This document shows, piece by piece, positions 9,436-19,655 of a stretch of 64,000 nucleotides of DNA (positions within the stretch are counted from its first letter, which is position 1; each line of letters opens with the position of its first letter). Location: positions 131,827-195,826 of the forward strand of contig LCLX01000002.1 in assembly GCA_001002285.1 (NCBI GenBank). The letters are read 5' to 3'. The stretch comes from Microgenomates group bacterium GW2011_GWC1_46_15 (lineage in GTDB: Bacteria; Patescibacteriota; Microgenomatia; UBA1400; UBA12028). Below the pieces are notes generated by a model. That model did no database searches, was not told the DNA's origin, and saw only the letters and a list, made by a program, of their open reading frames with translations. The translations under genes and the position numbers were made by a program.

Positions 9436-10584
9436 CTACTTTCCCGCAAAGATGGCAAACACATCTTTAATACTAATAAGGACGATCAACGCGAGGAAAA
9501 AGAGCATTCCCGCCTGGTTTGTGTAGTACTCCAGCTTAGCGCGCCGCTTTTTTCCCAAGATGCCTTCTAGAAGGATAAACAGCGCCCGCCCACCGTCGAG
9601 CGGTGGAATCGGCAAAACGTTTACAACTCCAAGGTTAATCGAGATGAGCGCGGCAAAGTTCAGCACAATTTGTGGCCCTTGCTCAAAAAGTTTCTCTTTT
9701 CTTGCAGTGTTGACGATACCAATCGGCCCAGACACCTCGCTCGCCACTCCTTTAAAACGCACAAGATCGCCCACAACCCGTCCCAGCGTTTTTACAATCA
9801 TTCCGGAAAACATATATGAGTCTTTTACCCCCTGCACCATTCCGTAGAACGGCATCTGCCAAGCAGGATAGTGGCGGAACTCGACATCAATCAACATGAT
9901 ACCCAACCCCCCTTGCCCATCGGGCGTTTCTTTTTCTGTGCGGACATATGATGTAAGCGTTGCGTTTTTTCCATCGCGCGCAACAACAACGCTGATCTGT
10001 TGACCACGCACCGTTTGAATGCGCTCAATAAACGCCGCAGAAGTTTTTGTCGCAACTCCATTCAGCGAAATAACTTCATCACCTTTTACAAACCCCGCTT
10101 TTTGCGCCGGCGAATTTGAAATGACTTCGTCCACACGCGGACGCGGCAAGTTCACGGAAACCGCTCCGGCCCAAGTATATAAAAATGCAAAGATGAGTAC
10201 GCCAAATAAAAGATTGATACACGCGCCCGCGAGCACGACAAAAAGCCTATTGATCCGGGAGGCAGAAGAAAATAACCCGACATTTTTTTTCGCTGATTTC
10301 TCCGCTTTACTTGCACCTGTTTTATTTGCACTAGCTTTATCCGCACCAGCCATCTGCTCAAACGACTCCGCGTCATCCCCCGCCAACCGCACAAACCCTC
10401 CGAACGGCAACCAGTTCAGCGTAAACACCGTACCTTTTCGCGTAAACATCGTGAGTGCGCGGGGCGGATACCCAAACCCAAACTCTTCAACGCGTACACC
10501 CGTTTTTTTGGCCGCAATATAATGCCCCCACTCGTGAATGAGGACAAGAAAAGATAAAAGTAAAAATACTCCAAGAATTTCCAT
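9436..10584 (-). CDS. rseP: RseP-type site-2 protease (M50 with PDZ domain)
   Basis: HEWGH, PFGGFVRL, PDZ (SPAQKAG), NVLPIPPLDGGR. Confidence 0.93.
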   Translation of the reverse strand: MEILGVFLLLSFLVLIHEWGHYIAAKKTGVRVEEFGFGYPPRALTMFTRKGTVFTLNWLPFGGFVRLAGDDAESFEQMAGADKASANKTGASKAEKSAKKNVGLFSSASRINRLFVVLAGACINLLFGVLIFAFLYTWAGAVSVNLPRPRVDEVISNSPAQKAGFVKGDEVISLNGVATKTSAAFIERIQTVRGQQISVVVARDGKNATLTSYVRTEKETPDGQGGLGIMLIDVEFRHYPAWQMPFYGMVQGVKDSYMFSGMIVKTLGRVVGDLVRFKGVASEVSGPIGIVNTARKEKLFEQGPQIVLNFAALISINLGVVNVLPIPPLDGGRALFILLEGILGKKRRAKLEYYTNQAGMLFFLALIVLISIKDVFAIFAGK

Positions 10585-10586
10585 AT

Positions 10587-11138
10587 CTACATCTGCATCA
10601 ACTCAGTTTCTTTTTCCTGCACAACCTTTTCCAACTTCGCCACATACTCGTCCATTTTTTTCTGGAGTGTTTCCAAATCAGCTGAAATAGTATCTTCCGA
10701 AATACCCGGCTTTCCTTTTTGGTCATCAATCATTTTTTTGTATTTGAGCCGTACGTCGCGCACCATCTGTTTCCCGCTTTCCAGTTTTTGCTTCACCAGC
10801 TTCACCATTTCCTGCCGGCGTTCCTGTGTAAGCGGTGGAATCACAATGCGGATGTGATCACTCTCAACAACGGGATTGATGTTGAGGCCAGCCGACGCAA
10901 TGCCTTTTTCAATCGCCGCAAGATTTCCTTTATCCCATGGATTAATCATGATCATCGTTGTGTCCGGCGCGGAAATCGTGGCAAGCTCCATCAACTTCAT
11001 GCGTGTTCCATACGCTTCGACAGAAACATGTTCGACAAGCGATGGCTTCGCTCGGCCGGTTTTGACCGTCGCCATATCGCCGCCAACGACTTCAAGCACT
11101 TTGTCTGCATCTCTAGAAAATTGTGTGACATCAAACAT
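10587..11138 (-). CDS. frr: ribosome recycling factor
   Basis: TGRAKPSL, AYG, PPLTQERR; ATG 11138 with AGGAGG. Confidence 0.96.
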   Translation of the reverse strand: MFDVTQFSRDADKVLEVVGGDMATVKTGRAKPSLVEHVSVEAYGTRMKLMELATISAPDTTMIMINPWDKGNLAAIEKGIASAGLNINPVVESDHIRIVIPPLTQERRQEMVKLVKQKLESGKQMVRDVRLKYKKMIDDQKGKPGISEDTISADLETLQKKMDEYVAKLEKVVQEKETELMQM

Positions 11139-11217
11139 ACGTCCTCCTGTCGGTATTGTAGTGGAGGCTCGGGTGTTTGACAACGGAAGCATTCGATTCG
11201 TGTATCATTGAGAAAGT

Positions 11218-11946
11218 ATGCGGCTTCCCAAAAAAAGCAACGTGTTCTTTTTCACCGATCTCAACACGTACTATCGTTCTCTTTCGTCGCCCTTCCGTTC
11301 CGTACTGTTTTATGTGCTCAAAGCATACGCAGTATTTTTACTCATCACGCTCATTGTTTTTTCTTTCTTTATTGATTCATACATCCGCACTAACTTGAAC
11401 GCTCTGCCCGAAACGTTTTCTCTTTCGTACACGCACAGCACACTATCCGCAAACGGTATTGCGTTGCCGTACATACTAAAGTTTCCAAACACCATTGGAA
11501 CACTGCAGTTTTATGACACATACATGAAGCAAACATCGGTGGATGGCCAGGAAACACACACTGCATACGTGGACATCGTTCCAAAAGATGTTGAGTTTAC
11601 GGCAAACAAAAAAGATATTGGGGAAATGGGTGTTCCCATGATTCAAATAGGTCTCGGAATTGTCACTATGTCAATCTGGCCGTTTTTTATACTTGCGCGG
11701 ATGATGTGGGCAGCGCTCTATGCGCTATTCGTTACTACAATTGCGCAATGGTTCCGTCGGTCGCTTCCATATACCAGTGTGTATAAGCTGAGCGTCACCA
11801 CGATGGTTACCGCAGAACTTATTCACGGATTGGGATTTGTTCTTTACAGAGGAAATACGCAAGTACCGTTGTTTGATTTGGCGTTTGCCGTCATTATGAT
11901 TGTGGTGTTGAAGACTCTCCCACCGCAAACCGCGCAAGGCGTGTAA
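11218..11946 (+). CDS. membrane protein (DUF1189-like topology)
   Basis: One N-terminal TM, extracellular region, three C-terminal TMs with LPYTSVYKLS; overlaps the tsf 3' end convergently by 53 bp. Confidence 0.6.
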   Translation: MRLPKKSNVFFFTDLNTYYRSLSSPFRSVLFYVLKAYAVFLLITLIVFSFFIDSYIRTNLNALPETFSLSYTHSTLSANGIALPYILKFPNTIGTLQFYDTYMKQTSVDGQETHTAYVDIVPKDVEFTANKKDIGEMGVPMIQIGLGIVTMSIWPFFILARMMWAALYALFVTTIAQWFRRSLPYTSVYKLSVTTMVTAELIHGLGFVLYRGNTQVPLFDLAFAVIMIVVLKTLPPQTAQGV

Positions 11947-12391
11947 CGACAATATTTTCGCCCACTTTTCCTGCCACCGACTTCACAAAGTCACGGATCG
12001 AAAGCTTTGGATTGCGGATGTATTCCTGTTTGAGCAGTTCTTCCACAGAGTTTGGATTCATTGAAGCAACTTGCATTGCTAACTCGTGGCCTAAGTCCTG
12101 AAAATCTTGTGTCCGTGCGACAAAATCGGTTTCGCAGTTGAGTTCTACAAGTGTTGAGATGCGGCCGCCCATGTGCGAGTACGTCGCGATCATCCCCTGT
12201 TTTGCTTCACGGTCCGCTTTTTTTTCTGCACGCGCGATGCCTTTGGCAAGAATCCATGCTTCGGCTTTTTTCATGTCACCCCTGGATTCCTCCAACGCTT
12301 TTTTTGCATCCATCACACCAGCGCCTGTTTTTTCACGGAGTTTTTTAATCACGTCCATCGAGATTGTTTGTGTTGAAACTACTTTTGCCAT
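11894..12391 (-). CDS. tsf: elongation factor Ts (short form)
   Basis: IKKLREKTGAGVMDAKKAL, ELNCETDFVA. Confidence 0.96.
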   Translation of the reverse strand: MAKVVSTQTISMDVIKKLREKTGAGVMDAKKALEESRGDMKKAEAWILAKGIARAEKKADREAKQGMIATYSHMGGRISTLVELNCETDFVARTQDFQDLGHELAMQVASMNPNSVEELLKQEYIRNPKLSIRDFVKSVAGKVGENIVVTRLARFAVGESSTPQS

Positions 12392-13089
12392 GCTGACCTC
12401 CCCTCTTTGTACGCGTTTGCGAGTGTGTGCACAATCAGTGTAATACTGCGCACCGCATCATCGTTCGCGGGAATTGCGTAATCAATGCGCTCTGGATCGG
12501 AGTTTGAATCAACGATACCGACAACCGGCACTTTCTTTGTTATCGCCTCTTTGACTGCGTTGTCTTCTTTTTTCGTATCAACGACAACAATCGCGTCTGG
12601 AATCCCCTTAATATTGGAAATACCGCCAAAGAAACGCTCAAGGCGTGAAATATCTTTATCAATGAGGACGCGCTCGCGTTTTGTGTAGACGTCAAGTTTG
12701 CCGTCCATTTTGTCTTGCTTAAGTCTGTTGAGCTTATCAATGGATTTTTTCACCTGATCCCAGTTCGTGATCGTTCCACCAAGCCAGCGGATCGTGATAT
12801 ATGGAGCACCCGCGGTCACTGCTTCCTCACGCACAATATCTTGCGCCTGGCGCTTGGAACCAATGAAAATAACGGTCTTCCCCTCTTTTGCCAAGGAGTA
12901 GACAAACTGTGCCGCTGCTTCTAGTTTTTTTGCTGTCTGGAAAAGATCGAAAATGTGCACACCGTTGCGCTTCGTGTAGACATACGACGCGATCTTTGGG
13001 TTCCACCGTTGAGCCTGGTGGCCAAAATGGCACCCTGCTTCAAGCAAATCTTTGACATCCACCGCAAAGGATGGTGTTGAATCGGACAT
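12379..13089 (-). CDS. rpsB: 30S ribosomal protein S2
   Basis: LLEAGCHFGH, RWLGGTITNW, IPANDDA. Confidence 0.98.
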   Translation of the reverse strand: MSDSTPSFAVDVKDLLEAGCHFGHQAQRWNPKIASYVYTKRNGVHIFDLFQTAKKLEAAAQFVYSLAKEGKTVIFIGSKRQAQDIVREEAVTAGAPYITIRWLGGTITNWDQVKKSIDKLNRLKQDKMDGKLDVYTKRERVLIDKDISRLERFFGGISNIKGIPDAIVVVDTKKEDNAVKEAITKKVPVVGIVDSNSDPERIDYAIPANDDAVRSITLIVHTLANAYKEGRSAWQK

Positions 13090-13091
13090 GA

Positions 13092-13145
13092 TTCTCCTTT
13101 CAGCCTCCTACGCGATGTAGATCAAGGAGAGTTCGCGTAGTGTGA
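13092..13145 (-). promoter_or_regulatory. rpsB 5' leader (S2 autoregulatory element-like)
   Basis: Minus strand CACA-CTACGCGA...TCGCGTAG-GAGGC stem; loop TCTCCTT complementary to downstream AAGGAGA (the SD). Confidence 0.65.
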
Positions 13146-13224
13146 ATTTATACTTTTTACACTCTGTATACGTTCGCACTTTTTCAAGTACGAGGGGTAT
13201 TATAGCATAAAATCCGCAGACTAT

Positions 13225-13530
13225 TTAAATAAGCCTTGAGCGCGGAGGACGTCTTATTCTGTGTACAACAGAACTTCTTTTTTTCACTTCTGCTACGATG
13301 CTTTGCGCTGCGAAAGCATAGATAAGGCTTTGCGCTTCATCCGCAAGTCTGTCCATTTCTTCGGGTGATTCATCTAATGTCACTTCACCCGCCTCGACAG
13401 ACTTGAGGTATTCCAATATCGCCACTGCATTGATTCTCCCATCTTTATAAAGAACTCCTTCTGCAATATGCGCCCGATTCGTAAGAAATGAGATCGCTTC
13501 ATTTAATAACGATTCTTGGTTGTATGACAT
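13225..13530 (-). CDS. hypothetical protein
   Basis: 101-aa ORF with GAAGGAG upstream; no motif. Confidence 0.55.
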   Translation of the reverse strand: MSYNQESLLNEAISFLTNRAHIAEGVLYKDGRINAVAILEYLKSVEAGEVTLDESPEEMDRLADEAQSLIYAFAAQSIVAEVKKRSSVVHRIRRPPRSRLI

Positions 13531-13569
13531 ACAATACTCCTTCTCGGCAGGTATTTATACAGTTGCCAT

Positions 13570-14367
13570 TTATCCTACTCCATCAATCAAATTTTGCAAG
13601 AGACATACGCGGGTCATAGGGCCAACACCACCGGGAACAGGAGAAAGGAATGCGATGAGGTGTTCAAGACCGGCAGGGTCAACTTCTGGTTTTGGGGAAC
13701 CTGCGTCAATGATAATGACGCCATATTTGAGGTTGGCCGCATGCAAAAGGTGTGTTTGACCCGTTGCGGTTATCACAACATCAGCGTGCTTAAGTTCATC
13801 CATGTGATCGGCAATATCTTTACCATATAACAACACGGACCGTGCTTTTCCCTCAAGTACTTTTGCTACGGGTACGCCAACAATATCACTGCGCCCTAAG
13901 ACAACAATATTCAATTTCTTCAAGTCCAGCTTTAACGTTTTTACCGCAGTATCTAAAATCTCAAGAATTGCACGGGCAGTTGCAGGCACCACAGCGCCCT
14001 TCCCCGTTAACCCATCAACATCCTTTTTGGGATCAATCACGGAAACAATTTGAGACCACCACTCCTGAAAAGGAAACAGATGTTTCCCAGGTTTCTGGAC
14101 AATAATGCCTTGGATGTCCGCGCGGGCGTTGGCTTGTGTAATATGCTGAATGATTTCTTTTGCTGGCGTGGCAATCGGCAACATGTCTAACTCATACCCA
14201 ACCCCGATACTTTCCGCATCTTTTTTCTTCAAATGCGCATATATAGTGCTTGGAACATCTTCTTGAAATACCAAGCTATATATTGATAATTGAGGAAGTT
14301 TTTTAACCTTTTCTGCGAGGAGTGTTTTGCGCCGTGTGACCTCCGCGTTGCCATCAAAGATAATCAT
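13570..14367 (-). CDS. folD: bifunctional methylenetetrahydrofolate dehydrogenase/cyclohydrolase
   Basis: KDVDGL, GRSDIVGVP, SPVPGGVGPMT; start set at MIIFDG. Confidence 0.93.
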   Translation of the reverse strand: MIIFDGNAEVTRRKTLLAEKVKKLPQLSIYSLVFQEDVPSTIYAHLKKKDAESIGVGYELDMLPIATPAKEIIQHITQANARADIQGIIVQKPGKHLFPFQEWWSQIVSVIDPKKDVDGLTGKGAVVPATARAILEILDTAVKTLKLDLKKLNIVVLGRSDIVGVPVAKVLEGKARSVLLYGKDIADHMDELKHADVVITATGQTHLLHAANLKYGVIIIDAGSPKPEVDPAGLEHLIAFLSPVPGGVGPMTRVCLLQNLIDGVG

Positions 14368-14386
14368 GGGGATTATTGTACCAGTT

Positions 14387-15220
14387 CTATCCAATAAGGT
14401 CTTTGACAATCGCAATATTTTTCGCATCTGGTCCATCGCCGTTAAATCCTGGGACTTCTAAAATAAGTGGCAAATGGGCAAACTTGGGATTGGTAAGAAA
14501 TTGTTTCATTCTATCTTTGCCAATGCTTCCCTCCCCAACATTTTCGTGCCGATCACGACCACTTTTGAATAAATCGCGCGAGTCATTGAGATGAATGACT
14601 TTGAGTGAGTCCCAAAGATTGAGCGTGGCAATGTCTTTTTCAACAGTTTTTAAATCATATCCCGCACAAAAGGCGTGGCATGTATCAAAACACCACCCAA
14701 GCCGTGGTGAATCAACCGCATCTAAAAGCTCACGGATTTCTTTGAGATCCGAGCAGAGCTTTCCACTCTGCCCCGCGGAGTTTTCAATCAAAAATGTACT
14801 GCTTTTAGGAGTTCCTACCAAAATTTCTTTGAGCGCTTTGACCACCCGCTGCTTACTTACAGCAAATCCTCTCCCTTGGTGACTTCCCAAATGCACAATG
14901 ACTCCGCCGCCGTGAATTCTGGAGTCAAACTCAAGATCATACTTTAAAACACCAATGGATTTTGTGAGAAGATCGGGGTTATCACTCGCCAAGTTGATGA
15001 GATAAAGCGCATGCGTAAAAATTGGACCAAAGTCCTGATCTTTGCAGAACGTAATAAACGTATCGTACGGAAAACTATCAATGGGTTTGCGCGCCCACAC
15101 CCGTGGAGAACCGGAAAAAACCTGCAGGCAGTTCGCGCCCATTGTCATTGCATTCTGCGCTGCCTGAACAAGACCTCCGGCAACGGAAAGATGAGCGCCA
15201 ATTCTTCTTGAGATTTGCAT
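14387..15220 (-). CDS. nfo: endonuclease IV
   Basis: IGAHLS, HALYLINLAS, IENSAG, FDTCHAF, HLNDS, DRHEN. Confidence 0.96.
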   Translation of the reverse strand: MQISRRIGAHLSVAGGLVQAAQNAMTMGANCLQVFSGSPRVWARKPIDSFPYDTFITFCKDQDFGPIFTHALYLINLASDNPDLLTKSIGVLKYDLEFDSRIHGGGVIVHLGSHQGRGFAVSKQRVVKALKEILVGTPKSSTFLIENSAGQSGKLCSDLKEIRELLDAVDSPRLGWCFDTCHAFCAGYDLKTVEKDIATLNLWDSLKVIHLNDSRDLFKSGRDRHENVGEGSIGKDRMKQFLTNPKFAHLPLILEVPGFNGDGPDAKNIAIVKDLIG

Positions 15221-15272
15221 ACTGCTTATTCTAGAGTAGAATATCATTCCGAGCAATTATCTATCTTATAAT

Positions 15273-16178
15273 ATGCAAAAAAATGTCGCTGAATGCATTA
15301 CTCATATAGGCCAGCCCCCATGTTTATCAAAAAAGGATATTCAACGGTTTGGGTTTCTGATTACAGTGTCTTCAGTCCCCGCAATTTCAGAACATCTTAC
15401 GGTTCCGCAAGCAGCTTTAGAATCGTTTATTTCTCACTTTGAAACTGTTTCGCAAACACTTTCTTTTATGTTGCGGTACACAGCAACAAAAAAAGGCATA
15501 CTTCCAAAATTGATGCTGGGAGGAGCTGGTGTAACAAAATTTACAGAAGCACTTGCCCATACATTGGGGTATGCGAATATCAAAGTTGGTACGGAAATGC
15601 GGAGGATTGGAAAATTGTACGGCTTCACTAACGAAAAAGAGTTTGGCGAATTTCTTCAAAACGAAGTGCTCCGTGACCCAACATATGATTATCAACTTGA
15701 CGCCAGTGTTCTTCCACATATTCTTTCGGGAAAAAGGGTTGTTATGGATTCCAAAATATGGGCATTACTACTCGGAAGACCTCAAGCATTTGACCAAAGA
15801 ACTCCATCTTTTGTACACCCCTTTTCTCCATTAAATACTTTCCGCCCCGCACAAATAAACATTGGAGCAACAAACGAGGCACATATAGCGACCAAACGGA
15901 TGTGGAATAGGCAGTTACAGATCGCAACAGAAGCGGGAATCCCTTATGAAAAAAGTCTACATGATGTTGAACAAGAGCAAATGGACCGATGGTTCACTGA
16001 TTTTATTCGCTTTTGGAAAACATATCGTATTCTTTACACACGAGCAAGTTTCATACGCAATTCTCATTATCTTATTAAAACAGATCCGAGTGTTTCTGAA
16101 CTCGCCGATATTGCTCTAGCTCAATTGCGACTTGATTACGGATCTGCTTTTGTAGAGTTTTTACAACAGGTAAGTTAA
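15273..16178 (+). CDS. cytidylate-kinase-like protein (archaeal Cmk-type fold) with degenerate P-loop
   Basis: GGAGVTKFTEALAHTLG, VGTEMRRI, DYQLD, VVMDSK resemble type-2 Cmk; the Walker A lysine position is Val. Confidence 0.5.
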   Translation: MQKNVAECITHIGQPPCLSKKDIQRFGFLITVSSVPAISEHLTVPQAALESFISHFETVSQTLSFMLRYTATKKGILPKLMLGGAGVTKFTEALAHTLGYANIKVGTEMRRIGKLYGFTNEKEFGEFLQNEVLRDPTYDYQLDASVLPHILSGKRVVMDSKIWALLLGRPQAFDQRTPSFVHPFSPLNTFRPAQINIGATNEAHIATKRMWNRQLQIATEAGIPYEKSLHDVEQEQMDRWFTDFIRFWKTYRILYTRASFIRNSHYLIKTDPSVSELADIALAQLRLDYGSAFVEFLQQVS

Positions 16179-17476
16179 AAAGACTTGGATAAAAATGCTT
16201 TAACTTTACTTTTTATAGTCCGAAGGGTTGCACTTTTTTCCATTTCCACACGAAACTTCTTCACAAACTCCCCTCTTTGTTCTTTTTCCTTGGGCATCAC
16301 AAATGGTCGCACAACTTCAACCACTTGCGCAATCCATTCAGCAATTTTTTCCATATCTTTTTCCTTCATTCCAATCGTGGTAACTGCAGGTGTCCCCAAT
16401 CGCACACCAGAGGGATAGAAGGCTGAGTATGGTTCGTTTGGAATCGTGTTTTTGTTTGCATACATACCGACAATCGCCATGGCATACGCGACTTGCGTTC
16501 CACCACCAAACGCCGAGAAATCCATAATCATGAGATGATTTTCCGTTCCCCCACCCATTAATGTAATTCCGTGTTTTTTAAGCGCGTTCGCCAACGCTAC
16601 CGCATTCTTTACCACTTGTTGACCGTACGTTTTAAACTCCGGCGTTGCCGCTTCACCCAGTGCCACCGCGATCCCCGCCGTTACATTATCGTGCGGACCG
16701 CCCTGCAAACCAGGAAACACTGCCTTATCAATTTTCTCGGCTAGCTTGGGATCTTTGCCTAATCCACGTTCCGTGACCAACAGCATCGCTCCACGCGGCC
16801 CACGTAGCGTCTTGTGGGTGGTGGTCATCACAACATCGGCATACGGCACTGGCGATGGATGCACACCCGCAACAATCAAACCGGCAATGTGTGAAATATC
16901 AGCCAACACAAACGCCCCAACCTCATCCGCAATCTCCGCAAACTCTTTGAACGGCAGGATGAATGGATATGCTGTTGTGCCAATAATCATGAGTTTGGGT
17001 TTATGGTGATGTGCCAGCGCCCGCACCTCATCCAGATCAATGCGCGCATGAGCATTCAAGCCAAACTGGATTGTTTTAAAGTACTTTCCACTAAACGTAA
17101 CGCCCGGGTGGCCGTGTGTGAGATGACCACCACTCGCGAGTTTCATTCCCATGATCGTGTCGCCAGCCTCTAGTAATCCAAACAGTACCGCACTATTGGC
17201 AGGACTCCCACTGTATGGCTGGACATTCGCGTGCGGCACTTTAAATAGGGCGCACGCCCGTTTCACCGCCAAGTCCTCAATCTCATCAATAATGTCATTG
17301 CCTTCGTAGTATCGGCGGTGAGGATACCCCTCCGAGTACTTGTTCATGAGTGGTGAACCAACCGCCTTTCGCACATTTTCAGATGCAAAATTTTCAGATG
17401 GAATAAGCTGAACTCCCTCGCGCTGGCGGCGAGTTTCTTTGTCAATCAGCGTAAAAAGAGGATCGTGAGAAATCAT
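16175..17476 (-). CDS. glyA: serine hydroxymethyltransferase
   Basis: LIPSEN, YSEGYP, GGHLTHG, TTTHKTLRGPRG. Confidence 0.98.
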   Translation of the reverse strand: MISHDPLFTLIDKETRRQREGVQLIPSENFASENVRKAVGSPLMNKYSEGYPHRRYYEGNDIIDEIEDLAVKRACALFKVPHANVQPYSGSPANSAVLFGLLEAGDTIMGMKLASGGHLTHGHPGVTFSGKYFKTIQFGLNAHARIDLDEVRALAHHHKPKLMIIGTTAYPFILPFKEFAEIADEVGAFVLADISHIAGLIVAGVHPSPVPYADVVMTTTHKTLRGPRGAMLLVTERGLGKDPKLAEKIDKAVFPGLQGGPHDNVTAGIAVALGEAATPEFKTYGQQVVKNAVALANALKKHGITLMGGGTENHLMIMDFSAFGGGTQVAYAMAIVGMYANKNTIPNEPYSAFYPSGVRLGTPAVTTIGMKEKDMEKIAEWIAQVVEVVRPFVMPKEKEQRGEFVKKFRVEMEKSATLRTIKSKVKAFLSKSF

Positions 17477-17520
17477 GATACTGCGTATTGTACTCTGCCA
17501 GGCGCCTGTTATGCCAACCG

Positions 17521-18261
17521 TTATGCCAACACCGACTCCACATCGGTCGCGACATACGTGCCGATATCTTCACCAAGCACCGCTTTTTTCAAGTTACCAG
17601 ATTTAAACAGTTCAAATACCATGACCGGCATTTTGTTTTCCATACACATCGCCATCGCGCTGTTATCCATCACCGCGATGTTCTCGTCTTTTAGCACATC
17701 CATAAACTTGAGTGTTTTAAACCGCTTCGCATCTTTGTGCTTCGCCGGATTTTTGTCATATACGCCGTCTACTTTTGTTGCTTTCATCACAACGTCGCAG
17801 TGGAGCTCCAACGCATGAAGCGCTGCACCTGTGTCTGTGGTTACATACGGCACGCCCGTTCCTGCAGCTAGGATCACAACGCGGCCTTTTTCGAGGTGCC
17901 GCAATGCACGGCGGCGGACGAACGGCTCCGCAACTGCTGGCATCGTGAGTGCAGACTGCGCACGCGTAGGAACACTAAGTTTTTCCAGTGCATCCTGAAG
18001 TGCAAGCGCATTCATCACCGTTGCGAGCATTCCCATATAGTCAGCCGTTGCGCGGTCAATTCCACCTTTTTCACCGGAAATTCCGCGGAAAATGTTTCCC
18101 CCGCCAATGACCAGCACTACCTGAACGCCGAGATCGTAAATATCCTTGATTTGTTTTGCCACATCCATTACGGCCATTGGGGAAATACCGTACTCGCGGT
18201 CGCCGAGAAGCGACTCGCCGCCAACTTTGAGGAGGACGCGTTTAAATCTCGGGGATGCCAT
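17521..18261 (-). CDS. pyrH: UMP kinase
   Basis: RVLLKVGGE, GGGNIFRG, DYMGMLATVMN. Confidence 0.97.
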   Translation of the reverse strand: MASPRFKRVLLKVGGESLLGDREYGISPMAVMDVAKQIKDIYDLGVQVVLVIGGGNIFRGISGEKGGIDRATADYMGMLATVMNALALQDALEKLSVPTRAQSALTMPAVAEPFVRRRALRHLEKGRVVILAAGTGVPYVTTDTGAALHALELHCDVVMKATKVDGVYDKNPAKHKDAKRFKTLKFMDVLKDENIAVMDNSAMAMCMENKMPVMVFELFKSGNLKKAVLGEDIGTYVATDVESVLA

Positions 18262-18303
18262 ACAAAAACTCCTTTTCTATTGTCTTAACCAGAGTATATC
18301 ATG

Positions 18304-18933
18304 CTATACGTTCAGTTTTTTCGCAACACCTTTCCACACTTGATCCGCAATCTCATCAATTGTTTTCTCCGCGTCAATTGTTATCCACCGCTTGTGGTCG
18401 TTTTTTTGCGCAAGCGTGAGGTATGCGTCACGGACTTTTTGGTGAAACTCGCGTGTTTCCATATCGAGCCGGTCCATCTTGTCTGTTTGTGCCCGCCTGC
18501 CCAGTCCCACTTCAACTGAAATGTCGAGGAGAAATGTGAGATTGGGATATGTGTCTTTTGTCGAAATCGTGTTGAGCTGCTCGATCACATCCACACCAAA
18601 ACCACGGACAATACCTTGGTAAATCACCGAAGAGTCGCGGGTGCGGTCCATCAATACAACTTTCTGCGCCTCGAGGCTTGGTAATACTAATTCGCGGTAG
18701 AGTTGCGCACGCGCCGCCTGAAACAGCAATACTTCTGTTGTGTACGCAATGCCGACATTTTTTGCGGAAAGCACAACATCGCGGATTTGTTCGGAGATGA
18801 CCGTGCCGCCCGGTTCGCGGAGTACGACAACATCAAATCCTTTTTCTGTAAGGTGATCGCGGAGGCGCTTAATTTGAACCGTTTTTCCGGACCCCTCTCC
18901 CCCTTCAAATGAAATGAGAAAACCTTTTTGCAT
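18304..18933 (-). CDS. tmk: thymidylate kinase
   Basis: FEGGEGSGKT, REPGG, MDR, YQG. Confidence 0.96.
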   Translation of the reverse strand: MQKGFLISFEGGEGSGKTVQIKRLRDHLTEKGFDVVVLREPGGTVISEQIRDVVLSAKNVGIAYTTEVLLFQAARAQLYRELVLPSLEAQKVVLMDRTRDSSVIYQGIVRGFGVDVIEQLNTISTKDTYPNLTFLLDISVEVGLGRRAQTDKMDRLDMETREFHQKVRDAYLTLAQKNDHKRWITIDAEKTIDEIADQVWKGVAKKLNV

Positions 18934-18938
18934 TGCGG

Positions 18939-19650
18939 TTATTGTACCCTACTTGCGACAACCAATGCGAGAAGTGCTCGTGCAATCTGAGGATCAAGTT
19001 GTGTTAATCCAAGAACATGTTTATCTTTTTCTTCAGGAGAAAGGTGGCGTAGCGGCCGAAGGGTTTGTTCAGTTGAGTAATATCTATCCATAATGCTTCC
19101 CTCGCCTTTTATATTTTGAGGAAGCCGATAATATCGCGTGGGTCTATTTCTTTCGTTCTTTTGTATTGTTGCATCTAATGTAGCCCACAATGACACTGGA
19201 TGAGGAATATGATGATAGATGAGTGACGAAAGATGTCTACCAATATTAAGAACATCACGCGGAGCAGAACGTGGACTCATATTTCCTACCATTCCTGTAA
19301 GCACTTCAATCCCATTTGAGGCTCCACCGCTTCCATTAACATTGTGTTGGAGTATATGCGGATCAAGATCTAGGGGTCGCTGACGATAAAAATCACCTTT
19401 AACTAATGTTGTGTAAAGTAAAACAAACCACCATACATCAGCAAACTCTTTTGTAGTTTCTTATTGAAACCAACTCCCTAAAGACTGTTGAATTTTCCGT
19501 GGATCTTCTGGCGTAAACAACGGCATATATGCCAGCCTATCTTTTTTAACCAGCGAACGTCAACGAGTACTTTCTGTATCAAACACTAGTTGCGGTGGAG
19601 TAAAACGAAGAAAAACACTGCGGATAGTATGTTGCGCGGTTAGCTCCGTC
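18939..19650 (-). pseudogene. probable pseudogene of an unknown ~235-codon protein
   Basis: One minus-strand frame spans the whole thyA-tmk gap, broken only by TGA (19560-19562) and TAA (19461-19463). Confidence 0.5.
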
Positions 19651-19655
19651 GCTTG

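Noticed and set aside
18939-19650. TGA recoding (genetic code 25) as explanation for the interrupted frame
   Set aside because: The same frame also has a TAA, and TGA terminates other well-supported genes (36901, 52285, 53378)
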